64,000 nucleotides of DNA from Ostrea edulis (Eukaryota), in assembly GCF_947568905.1 (NCBI RefSeq), contig NC_079172.1, positions 65,410,001 to 65,474,000 of the forward strand, written 5' to 3'. The notes beneath the pieces are model-generated. The model did not search any database, was not told the DNA's origin, and saw only the letters and a list, made by a program, of their open reading frames with translations. Below, one piece after another: positions 13,041 to 24,379 of the stretch. The translations under genes were made by a program, and so were the position numbers. Each line of letters opens with the position of its first letter. Within the stretch, counting starts at the first letter, position 1.

Positions 13041-13299
13041 CACAGTTTACATTTGTACACAACATCTTTGTTTTCTCGGCTGATTTTGATTGAGTAGACT
13101 TTAACAGTAGGAAATAGATGAATTTAGTAGTTCCTTCTCTTTTTGTCAAAAGGGATCATTCTTATTAATCTCTTACAAATGACAAAACTTTCAGTAAAAT
13201 ACAAATTACAAATAGATATTGATGTGAACAGTTGAAGAGGACAAATAATTCAGGCAAGGAAATCCCAGTAGACAATATAATTTTCAAATTTCCAGCCGT

Positions 13300-13640
13300 A
13301 CTGACCAGTATCAGTGGCTAAGTGGTTAGAGAATTTGCTAAGTGACCGGGAGGTCATGAGTTCAAGCCCCATGCATCAAATTTAAGATGTAAACATCGGT
13401 AGTGACTGCTCCTATGCTAAACATCTGGCATTTAGAAGTGAGAAATGCGGGTCTTTTGGACAAGATCTTCAAAACCGAGGTCCCGTGTTGCGGCAGACAT
13501 TGGCACGTTAAAGAACCCTCACTGCTTCGGCCGTAAGCGCCATGCATAGGTCAAAATTGGGACACTTCACCTACAGCTGGCAACATCTTAATACAAGTGA
13601 AAAATTCTCAAAGGAACATCAAAACAAAAAAAGAAACAAA
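13300..13640 (+). mobile_element. tRNA-derived SINE with Meta-type core
   Basis: A-box-like GTGGCTAAGTGG and B-box-like GAGTTCAAGCCC; core AAACCGAGGTCCCGTGT...TGGCACGTTAAAGAACCCTC; (A)nC tail. Confidence 0.8.
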
Positions 13641-13649
13641 GGTACTGAC

Positions 13650-13740
13650 CGACATTTTGAGTAAGAGTGCCCTGACATCATTCCAGCTTGCCTGTCTTCT
13701 GTCTAATATAATCACAAACCCCTGTTCAGATTCCACCACC
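13650..13740 (-). CDS. MCF2L: DBS/MCF2L-like GEF coding exon 4 (VVESEQGFVIILDRRQASWNDVRALLLKMS)
   Basis: TTGTTGCAG acceptor, CG|GTCAGT donor. GF..I.DRR...W..V motif of DBS/Trio SEC14. Confidence 0.9.
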
Positions 13741-14141
13741 CTGCAACAAAAACATGCTATATTTCAAAAGAAAACTGCCTCCTCCTCCCCCCACCCCTGC
13801 CAAAAGAAATAATTCTAAGGGGAAAAAAATCACCCTTTAACACCATGACTGGGTTACACAATTACTCTATTTAACACTATTTTCATAGATCACAACATTA
13901 TTGTAATAGATCACAACGTTCAAACAGATCACAATGATGAATCAAAGAGACAGTGAAGCATTATTTCTTGCTTTTCTTCATTAGATTGAGACATTGACAC
14001 AAGAGACTCGGGATGGACAACATCAGTCGCTAATCTCTCAACAGAGAGAGGAATTAACAAACACGGTCCTTACTCACTGAATAATAAACATAGACAGTCT
14101 CGCCCTTTGGCAGGTTTGTATCCATACAAAATGCGACTTAC

Positions 14142-14256
14142 GTTGGTACACAACACAGGAAGTTGACGAGCTTTCGGTACTCTTCGTCGGGTATTTGTGG
14201 GTGTTGGGGGTTTTCTGGAAATGTGAGGATCAAGGCGCCATTCTTTGCTTTTCCAC
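14142..14256 (-). CDS. MCF2L: DBS/MCF2L-like GEF coding exon 3 (GKAKNGALILTFPENPQHPQIPDEEYRKLVNFLCCVPT)
   Basis: TTCCTACAG acceptor, AC|GTAAGT donor, phases 1/2 fit neighbours. GG...G..I.TFP motif of the Trio/DBS SEC14 domain. Confidence 0.9.
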
Positions 14257-14610
14257 CTGTAGGAAAGTGGTCATGTTAATCATGCAGACACAGTTACATA
14301 GTCATCAATCAGAGGGGGGGGGGGGGGGGAGGGGGTGTAGGAAAGTCATGTTAATCAGACACAGTCACATTCATCAAACTGAGGGGTGGTTGTGGAGAAG
14401 TCTCAAATCATAACACCGTAACACAAGCAAAGTACTGCTTAACGCTAACTCCAGCATTGTTTTACCTAGGTCAGCAGGAAGCAATGGAGAAGTACATCTA
14501 AGTGTTAACAAGTTATGTACACTCTTACATATCAGTTAGACTGCTACTTCTGACATTTATCTGTCATCAATGCATTTACGATTGTATAAAAGAGCTACAT
14601 CTTACATGCA

Positions 14611-14760
14611 CCTGTGATAAATGCGTATCATGATTGTATACCTGTGATAAATGCGTATCATGATTGTATACCTGTGATAAATGCGTATCATGATTGTATG
14701 CCTGTGATAAATGCGTATCGTGATTGTATACCTGTGATAAATGCGTATCGTGATTGTATC
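14611..14760. repeat. 30-bp array (5 copies) spanning the DBS exon 2 donor
   Basis: Unit CCTGTGATAAATGCGTATC(A/G)TGATTGTAT(A/G). Confidence 0.95.
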
Positions 14761-14818
14761 AGAGAAGCCACATCCAGGACACTGTATGGACATTCTTGCT
14801 CTTCCATTAAGTCGCTAT
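14732..14818 (-). CDS. MCF2L: DBS/MCF2L-like GEF coding exon 2 (DSDLMEEQECPYSVLDVASLIQSRYAFITG)
   Basis: TTTACAG acceptor, CAG|GTATAC donor. Matches the start of the SEC14/CRAL-TRIO domain of DBS-type proteins (..D..L..R.AF..GG). Confidence 0.85.
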
Positions 14819-15105
14819 CTGTAAATAAACAAAACAGTGTCACAAGAAAATGAAAGGAACATATCAGACAAGAACTTCCATATTGTAAATCAAATTTCAG
14901 TTGCTACAGTAATTCACAATTTAAATGGTTGATAGGCAGTCAACAAACCAAATAACATCGAATGGATATACAATTGTTGTTTCCCTTTGTTAAACTTATT
15001 CTGTGAGATGTTAAAACTATTTACGTATAGTCAGGTGGTGAGAACAAATGATTAACATGTTGTTTATATACTACACAGCAAAATATCATCTGATGCAAAT
15101 AAGTT

Positions 15106-16292
15106 CATGAGTTTTCAAGGTTAAAGATCTCATCATGAGTTTTCAAGGTTAAAGATCTCATTGTGAGTTTTCAAGGTTAAAGATCTCATCATGAGTTTTC
15201 AAAGTTAAAGATCTCATCATGAGTTTTCAAGGTTAAAGATCTCATCATGAGTTTTCAAGGTTAAAGATCTCATTGTGAGTTTTCAAGGTTAAAGATCTCA
15301 TCATGAGTTTTGAAGGTTAAAGATCTCATCATGAGTTTGGAAAGTTAAAGATCTCATCATGAGTTTTCAAGGTTAAAGTTCTGATTGTGAGTTTTCAAGG
15401 TTAAATATATCATCATGAGTTTTGAAGGTTAAAGATCTCATCATGAGTTTGGAAAGTTAAAGATCTCATCATGCGTTTTCAAGGTTAAAGTTCTGATTGT
15501 GAGTTTTTAAGGTTAAAGTTCTGATTGTGAGTTTTTAAGGTTAAATATATCATCATGAGTTTTGAAGGTTAAAGATCTCATCATGAGTTTTTAAAGTTAA
15601 AGATATCATTGTGAGTTTTCAAAGTTAAAGATCTCATCATGAGTTTTCAAGGTTACATGTAGATGTCATCATGAGTTTTCAAGATTAAATATCTCATCAT
15701 GAGTTTTCAAGGTTAAAGATCTCATCATGAGTTTTGAAGGTTAAAGATCTCATTGTGAGTTTTTCAAGGTTAAAGATCTCATCATGAGTTTTGAAGGTTA
15801 AAGATCTCATCACAGGGCTCGAAATTAACATATGCCCGTCAGTCTGTGACTGGTTGAAAGTCTGGCGGACTGACTGACATTTGTTTTAGTCAGTCCAATG
15901 GGACTGGTTAATTTTCTAAAGCATCATTTTGGAAAATATATTTATGAAATCTTATACACACATTTGGCATGCTTCGATCTGTAGATATCAAACGAATTTG
16001 ATTCGTAAATATAAATCCCACATAAGTGTTACAATATTGTCTGAAGCATATTGAGTTAAATTTCATTTTAATAACATTAACGAAATCTGCTTAATTATTT
16101 CTGGAAAACTGTTGGACTGGTAAATTTTTCTGCGGACAGGTTGAAATTATACCTCATCAATCCGGCTGGACTGGTGACATGAAAAGTTAGCTTCAAGCCC
16201 AATGCATCATGAGTTTTCAAGGTTAAAGATCTCATCATGAGTTTTCAAGGTTAAAGATCTCATCATGAGTTTTCAAGATTAAAGATCTCATG
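15106..16292. repeat. 28-bp minisatellite (about 28 copies) interrupted by a MITE
   Basis: Unit CATGAGTTTTCAAGGTTAAAGATCTCAT. Confidence 0.95.
15813..16204. mobile_element. CAG-terminal MITE inserted in the 28-bp array
   Basis: Left CAGGGCTCGAAATTAAC, right GTTAGCTTCAAGCCC(AA)TG. Flanking CATCA duplicated (15808-15812, 16205-16209). Confidence 0.65.
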
Positions 16293-16299
16293 AAATCGG

Positions 16300-16490
16300 T
16301 ACAAATTCAGTTTATTTGAATCAGTCGTAGTAAATGAAATCAATACAAACTCAGTTTATTTGAATCAGTCGTAGTAAATGAAATCAAATACAAATTCAGA
16401 TTAATTGTATCAGTTGTAATAAATTGAATCAGTACACACTCAGTTTAATTGTATCAGTCATAATAAATGAAATCAGTACAAATTCAGATT
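16300..16490. repeat. Degenerate 41-45-bp repeat, about 4 copies
   Basis: TACAAA(T/C)TCAGTTTATTTGAATCAGTCGTAGTAAATGAAATC. Confidence 0.75.
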
Positions 16491-18504
16491 ATCTGGAAAA
16501 ACCTGATACGGACCCAAACAGATGGTCGGGCAGGATAAATTTTTGCAATCACAGTTATCTAACTTTACTCTATAAAAGTAATTTGTCAATTAATTCCCCG
16601 ACCAAATCAACTGTGTGTGTGGCACAACTTAATTGTAGCATTATAATAAAACGGGCGACTTTAAAAGCTGTATGTTCTGATGTTTCTGCAAATTTTGTCG
16701 ATAAAAATGCAGTTAACTTGTTACATTTATGTATTTACAAGGACATCCGACATGCCTATATATCATTACAATGTTCAGTTTTAGCCAGAACTTAATTTTG
16801 TTAACAAACATTGACTATCAAATGTACTTGTCCCTCAGCCATCCCCCAGTGTAATGCATAGTCAAGATTTAATTAGTCACATGATCATTTCACAAATATC
16901 AACAAATATAGGAAATGAAGTAAGAACATTTTGAAGCATTTGAGACTGCAAAAATTTGTGCAAAATGGTTTATTTGGTGATTAATCCGTGAACTAACTCA
17001 ATGGACAACTGCATTTTCTCTCTTTGATTCCATGTTACTTACATTGAAGTCATGCGTATGAGTAAGAGTTAATTCCCAACATCAACAAGCATATTCATGG
17101 TGTTAATTAAAACACTATATAATATTTATCGTTATAATCTTTCCACCATTTTCTTTTAATACAAATGTTTTGCAGTATATAATTTAGAAAAAGTCAATAA
17201 CATTATAAACCAATGCAGCTATATTAAAATAATTTTTGATGCTTTGGAAGAAAATTACAGGTCACACAACTTTGATTGTGACATCATAATCATGCAACAA
17301 GATTCGAGATACATTCTGAATTTCAAATCATCGTATAAAAGATGACGGATATAATTTCTTAAAAAATATCTTCTTTGAAATGTAAAATACATAAAATTCT
17401 AAGTAAATCTGATCACCCAGCACATCAGCTTGATGTGCCCTTCAGACATTATACTAGATCTTGAATCACCACGTGACATTGTTTATGAAATAAGATATCA
17501 TCTCCATTACTTCATTGGGATATAAAATGCACTTCGTAATGTGATCAAATCTTAAAGTAAATTATACTAGATATAGGATTTGATCATCATGTGACCATCT
17601 GCATCCACATCCCAATGAAATTATTGAAATGACATCTAAATATAACAAACTTCACTGCCCAACTTTTGAGTAAACCTACCGGTAATTAACCTCTCCCTCC
17701 CTGACTTCCCCACCCCCATTTCTTTTCCAATTTCTTTATTTGTCGTGGAGAAACAGAAAAGAGTAATGAAACCTGGCCCTTCAAGATGTAACAACAGTGT
17801 TTATAAAAGAGAGAGGCATTATAGATACCCAAGATAAATAAAAAAAACGCAGCCCAAATATATATAAATAATCCCGACCCCAACTCTATATTATGAATGT
17901 CTCAGTTCAGACACACAGCAAGCTCAATCCGACAGCATTACAATATACATGCATTATTATGTCAACATTAGCTAATAATTGACACTTTTCTGAAGCTGGA
18001 CTGGATAGTATTGATTCAGATGAAAAACCCAACATCTGACTCATGTTTTAGGATACATACTATGATAGACAAAACCTTTGCTATTTTTCTGCAGCCCCAG
18101 CCACAGAATCCCATCAGAATCGCATGATTTCGAATGACCGTAATAAACGATCAATCTCGTCACCAGTGCCACACTGGGAAATGAGATTCTAGGCTTCTTC
18201 TGTCTTTAAATGATTCTGTCAACTTCTACTTAATTCATGGGAGAAGTGGGAGATGTTTCAATTAAAGATTATAAATCAATTAAATGAATGGTAATCAACT
18301 AAAAAAAGATTATCTCATCCTTAGACAGAGATACAAATGTGGCTTTACATTGACACACATCAATAAATGCTTACCCGGACATTGTGCACTGAATTTGATG
18401 ATGAAATATTTAGCTTAAATGATTAAAAACCAACATCATTCACAAACCATCTTCAGTAAAAGTGATTGCGTCGAGAAATATTCATGCATGCAATTTGGTT
18501 GAAC

Positions 18505-18662
18505 CACAGGTATCTGAATTTTAATCAATAAATAGATATGAATAGAAAAAAAACCACTTTATCTATACATAACTACATAGTGTATTTATATATATATATA
18601 ATAGATATATTTTTTTCTATTTATATCTATAATAAATACTGATTAAAATTCAGATACCTGTG
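18505..18662. mobile_element. Foldback MITE, CAC...GTG termini, 7-bp TSD (P/Galileo-like), copy 1
   Basis: TIR CACAGGTATCTGAATTTTAATCA; flanks GTTGAAC/ATTGAAC. Same family as 45131-45273. Confidence 0.75.
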
Positions 18663-20679
18663 ATTGAACCAACAATGCATTTTTAAAGAACAACTGTGGT
18701 TCGAAACAAAAACAAATATTTGTGAAAAAGATGAGGTGTTTACAAATCTCATTCATTTTTCTTTCCTGTAGATAAAATGTGGTCTACAGTAACTGTAGTG
18801 AAACTAGATATTATCATTTTAATCCACTGACGTTACTACCTTGTATTTCTTACGGAAATCCAAATATTGATGAAAACTTTACTCCGGAGAATCACCTTCA
18901 ATCATGCATTCAATAAATAATTCAATCAGATAATTTCCTCAAAGCATTAGATTAAGCCCATCACACACACACACAGACAGTCAAGAAAATCCCCTGAAAA
19001 TTTCACAAGATGCTACATACTTCTCATATTGCAGACATTTCTATTAAAATGAGAACTACATCTGAATACAAGTTACCTGTATTGCATACCTGTAATTAGC
19101 TTCCTACCTGGACAAGTAAGTGGATACACATAAAATCCAGTCAGCTAGTTCCTTCTTGTCACGATTATCATTAAATGCCTCTACATGTAGCTTCCTTGTT
19201 TTTATAGGCCATTTTAGAATTCAAAATCTTAGTCCAGGAAAATCCATCTCACTTAATAATCTAGCTTAAACATCCATTTGATAAAAATGCAGGCACACAC
19301 ACAGGTATGTGTAGATTACAGATACCCCACAGCAAAATAAAAACATGTACTACAATGTCCATCAGATATATATCTGATAAAAAAGTCCCACCCTAAGCAA
19401 AACAAACAACAACAACAACGAAAACGAGCCAGTGTAACTCCATACCTAAAAGCTAACATATACTTAAAAGCACCTGCGGACAAAGAATTTAGTCCATAGA
19501 TAGAAAAAGTCTAAGCTGTCATCGTTAACTTATCCTGAGTTAATCATCATTAACCTATACTGAGTCAAAACACTACACAGGGTCGGTGACAATGACTGGG
19601 ATGTGTACAGGTATTAATCAATGGCAATCATTAGTTATTGCAGTTGTCCGTGCAGGTGCTTGATGGTCATTTCTACAGGTCGCGACGGCAGTACATGGAT
19701 TTACAAAGTCACACATTACTAACATGCATCAAGCATTCTGCTATCTGGGTCAAAAACTTTGACAGGGATCAGATATGCAAGATAGAATCAATATTGTATT
19801 GTACATGTATGTTAATTCCACAGTTTTTACCACACTAAATACGAATTTAATCGATTCCTAGTGCACTCTTGTCATTTTCTCAATCCACTGTGATGTCATA
19901 ATTCTAACTAGTAAATAATTACATTCTGAAGTATTTGATACTCACCCTAGTGCTGGAACACGTGTACTTTAACAAAACACACCTGAGAGACGGCTCCATC
20001 ACCACTGTATCTCAGTCAGTCCGCTATTTTTAGTATCTTACTTGGACCAGATCATTAAGCAATAATTTACCTATTGATCAATGATTTCATTCATGGAATT
20101 CCCATATTGTATACATATTTGATTTGTCTTATCTCTCATATCAGACCCTGGCTTTTCCAATCACGAAGATCCATGGCAACTCATGTCTCATCCGTGTTTA
20201 CATATGTATACCTCTAAGACTGGGGCCAAACCTGACAATAACTACATGCATCCTTGTACAAAAGAAACAGACATTAAATTTTAATTTTTTTTCTGTTTGA
20301 AGATGAATTTTCGACATGACAGCTTATCAGTGCTTGTCAGTAATGAGAACAAAACACGAGGGTCAGTGGTTACAGTAATTTGTTAACATCATTTCAGGGG
20401 GAAACAAGATCAGAGAATTCGAATTATGTTTGCTAAATTCTCATCACAAATTTTGAGAATCTACCTCTGATGATTTAATAATTTGTTAATTGTTACCTGA
20501 TGAGCATTTTGTAAAGCTACTAGTTAGAACGATTAATCAATACATGTGAATGGGAATCATTCTTCAAATAAAACTTAAAGAAAATTACTTTTCAAAATAT
20601 GAGTACTTCCTTTTCTTCTGTTGTGCAGTAACACTTTGATACTATCAGTATAACAGGCAGCAAGCTGGGTAAAAGTAAT

Positions 20680-21148
20680 GGAGAGAAAATGGAGAAGGAA
20701 GGACAGGGAGATAAGGGGAGTGGAGGAGAGAAAGAAAAGGGGAGAGGAGAGAAGTGGAGGAGAGAAAGAAAAGGGGAGAGAAGAGTAAAGGAGAGAAAAA
20801 AGGAGAGAGAGAAATGGAGGAGAGAAAGAAAAGGGGAAAGAAGAGAAGTGGAGGAGAGAGAGAAAAGGGGAGAGAAGAGGAGAGTGAAGAATGAAGGAGA
20901 GAAAGAAAAGGGGAGAGAAGAGGAAAGTAAAGGAGAGAAAGAAAAGGGGAGAGAAGAGGAGTGTGAAGAATGGAGGAGAGAGGGAAAAAGGGAGAGAAGA
21001 GTGAAGGAAAGAAAGAAAAGAGGAGAGAGGAGATGTGGAGGAGAGAAAGAAAAGGGAAGAAGAGAAGTGGGGAGAGAAATAAAAGGGAAGAGAAGAAGAG
21101 AGTGAAGGGGAGAGTAAAGTGAAGGAAGGAGAGGGAGAAAAAAAGAAA
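20680..21148. repeat. Purine-rich (G/A) low-complexity tract with loose internal repeats
   Basis: GGAGAGAAAGAAAAGGGGAGAGAAGAG-type units. Confidence 0.85.
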
Positions 21149-21165
21149 AGTATATCAGCCTGCAT

Positions 21166-21245
21166 GGTTAGTTCAGTGTTTAGTAATGCAAGGGTCCTGG
21201 GTTCGATCCTCTATTGATCCAAAGATTTTTCTCCCCTTTGCTACA
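21166..21245 (+). mobile_element. Partial/solo tRNA-like LTR related to the TRIM at 58500
   Basis: A-box-like GGTTAGTTCAGTG, B-box GGTTCGATCCT; ends CCCCTTTGCTACA followed by TCGGT. Confidence 0.5.
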
Positions 21246-21969
21246 TCGGTTAAGTAATATCCAAATATACAGCCTTCTGTAGTACTTTACACAACAGAAT
21301 ATGCTAACTCTAGAACACACATAGTAATTTAATACATCCCAAGCTTCTTTTTGTGGAAACAAGATAGGAAGCAAAGGAACTTGACCTGAAATGTCACCCA
21401 AAAAATCACTTATCATTGAGAAACCTTGCATAAGACCTTAAAGGAACTGTGTTGTATTTACTCCAATGAGTGAAGCTTTGACTTTAAATAACCTCGTCAA
21501 CTTCCACTGTATTTTCTGTATCATTATTCTGCCCCGTGAGCAATCGATCAATCAGTTTTTTCAATATTTAATGGAGGACCACAGTAAACATACAAACAAT
21601 ACTTCTGGTATCCGTGAAAAGAAGACAACAATGAATGAGTGAATTAATGTCCAGCCTCTCGGGAACAACCAATACAGATTCCGAGGACTTCCAATTCTCC
21701 GACAAATCCCTGATTGTAGAGGACTAATAAAGCCACAGATAATGGCTGTACATGTTTATTGTGATGCGTAATTCACATCGCAAATACCCAAAATAAACAT
21801 TGGTGATGAGATGTAGTAATTAATGGATAGAAGAACTGTAAAATCCCCTCTCCTCCAATTTATTCTGCGAGTACATTTAGAGGTCAGTAGCTGTAAGGGT
21901 TTATGTTATTAATATTCTGTAAGTACTTTGATAATGATGATGCATAATCAGTGTGTGGTCACTACTCTA

Positions 21970-22262
21970 CAAATAACTCCATAGCTATGTACGTCTCTAT
22001 CGTCAGATGGACAACAGAAAATAACTCCATAGCTATGTACGTCTCTATCGTCAAATGGACAACAGAAAATAACTCCATAGATATATACATCTCTATCGTC
22101 AGATGGACAACAGAAAATAACTCCATAGCTATGTACGTCTCTATAGTCAAATGGACAACAGAAAACAACTTCATAGATATATACATCTCTATCGTCAGAT
22201 GGACAACAGAAAACAACTCCATAGATATGTACGTCTCTATCGTCAGATGGACAACAGAAAAA
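21970..22262. repeat. 48-bp minisatellite, about 6 copies
   Basis: Unit TCTCTATCGTCAGATGGACAACAGAAAATAACTCCATAGCTATGTACG. Confidence 0.93.
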
Positions 22263-23955
22263 ATCCACAAAACAGATCAGTTAGAAATCTGCATTCAGCT
22301 GATGGACTCGCGTACAGAGGGTCCACTATTACCTGAAGAAGAGATATCATCAATGAGCTATGGACCTATGTTTCATGTCAGCAATTCCGAGGACACAATT
22401 AGTCAAAAGTTAGAATCTTCATGCTCACTTTGAGGGTGAAGAAGAAAATAAATGACCCTCATGAATTACATAGACAGCTGCCACAACCACTCCCCATAAC
22501 CAAAAGCTTGTTCTCTCATTTGTATGAGTACTGCACATCATCCATACTGGCTTTTAATGAAATCATTAACAAAATGACACTGCTGTAAATGTACATTTTT
22601 ACATGCGGTATTTATTTCCGCTAATTCCGCAATCACATAAGATCCGCGTAATTTCATACCAGCAGACTTAGTTATAATGTAAGCTATTTTCATGTAAGCC
22701 ATATGCAACTCAGCGAAATTTTGTACCAGTGGACCAAAACCAAAAATGATAATCTGTGAAATGATGACTCCTTCGAATTAAATAGGTCAAAGGTATTTTC
22801 TATGTGCTAAATTAATACCCACTTCTTGCAGATATCAGAACTTTTTTTGCATCACTGTTCCTTAAGGAGAAATGATCAATCGTCATAATGGCTAACTTTC
22901 TATCGAAAAACAAAGGCATGAATTATGAGACACCAGTCATAGACTCCTCAATGTCCTTTTAAATTTTGCTCAGTGGGCCGGGTAATGCATGCAGTTGTTT
23001 GATAACTAGATCATAAGTTCAAGTCCTATAAGGGTTTTAATTTTTTTCCCAGTGACTTTTGACTAAACCTACACTGATTTAGAATATTAGGATTTTAAAA
23101 TTTTCAATTTCAAAACACTATTGACAATTTCTTTCCACTTTCTATCTATAACAATTTTCTTTGTTGATTGTATTCTCCTTAACTTTCTCCAAAGAGGTGC
23201 ACCATTTAGAATTCATACTAGGATGTTAAGATCAAGCATTATCTGACATAGTCAGATCACTCTGTGGTTAAGGACATAGAATACCCCCCCCCCCCCCCCC
23301 CCCCCCCCCCATCCAATAATTGTTATAGAATTTTGTGAAATTATTTTGTAAGTGTTTTAATATTGCTACAAAACTTTCCTATCAAACCTCCTTTATTTTT
23401 GCATTATTCACAAACCTTTATTTGAAAATTCAGCAAAAAAGCATTACACCCAAAAATTGAAATCCTTCAAAAATGTCTTTTGATTGGTGCATGTCATGTT
23501 TTATTAAATAGACCAATTTACATTGCTGTTTGATCAAACAATAGAAAATTAGCCCATGTAAATACTGAAAAATTCTATTTCATTTGATGCATCCAAAATC
23601 TTGGGTTATCCTATGACCTTGAGACCACTAAATACCACTGGACACAATATCACTGGTTCAAGTCCCGAAGGAGTCTTTAAATCTTACAATAATTGGTACA
23701 TTTTCCTGTGAGCATCATTTGCTACATGTTTTGAATATTCCAATTTTTAAACTATCATTCAAATGGAGTGAACTTTGCCAAATGCAGACATATTAAGCCC
23801 TCTAACTTGAAAAGTTACAAACCAGCTCCATGAAAAAGATTACTCCTTCCCAATCTGAGCATCAAATAACATATCAGCTGATTAAATGTTGATTAAATAA
23901 ATTCCAGCAACAAACTACTATTTAATGTCCCTACACCTAATGAGCCTTTTGTTAC

Positions 23956-24379
23956 CTTTCTCTGTCACCTTCTGCTCCTCAGCGTTCTGAGTTTGAGCGT
24001 TGAGTTCTTTAATCCTATCCTCTTTTGAGATTTCCTCATCACAGTCCGGCCCCCACTCAGACTCGCTCGTCGTGTTGCTATACTGGTGGCGATGACCTTT
24101 CACAAATGTCGAAGGGGGCAGAAAATAAGATCTGTCCGGACTCTCGTCCGTGCACTCGTCAGTGGAGCACTGAGATGAGCTATAACCTGCAGGGGGGAGC
24201 CCGAGGGTCTCGCGCATATCCGTACCTGCTGGCAGATCCAAGGTAGAACTCTTCCGTCGGAAGTTCTCCAGGAATTCGTCAATATCATGTTCCACTTTTG
24301 ATACCTGGATTCCTCCTGTTTTCTTCGATCTGGGCGAGTTTGATTTGGTGGTATGTACACCCCTTCTTCCTGTTGCCAT
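23956..24379 (-). CDS. MCF2L: DBS/MCF2L-like Rho GEF (SEC14 + spectrin repeats), coding exon 1 (Ser/acidic N-terminal extension)
   Basis: ATG in ACCATGG context at 24379 with an in-frame TAA just upstream. 141 open codons, then donor AG|GTAAC (phase 1), which joins exon 2 in frame (G+AT=Asp). Candidate acceptor TTCCTGTTAG ends at 24396. No homology recognised in this exon; supported by phase and splice signals. Confidence 0.65.

Noticed and set aside
20575-21165. Arg/Glu-rich and Phe/Ser/Leu-rich ORFs
   Set aside because: Purine-rich low-complexity tract within a DBS intron.
21270-21375. Possible extra DBS exon (GQVPLLPILFPQKEAWDVLNYYVC)
   Set aside because: Acceptor present but no convincing in-phase donor; the real SEC14 exon was found at 14142-14256.
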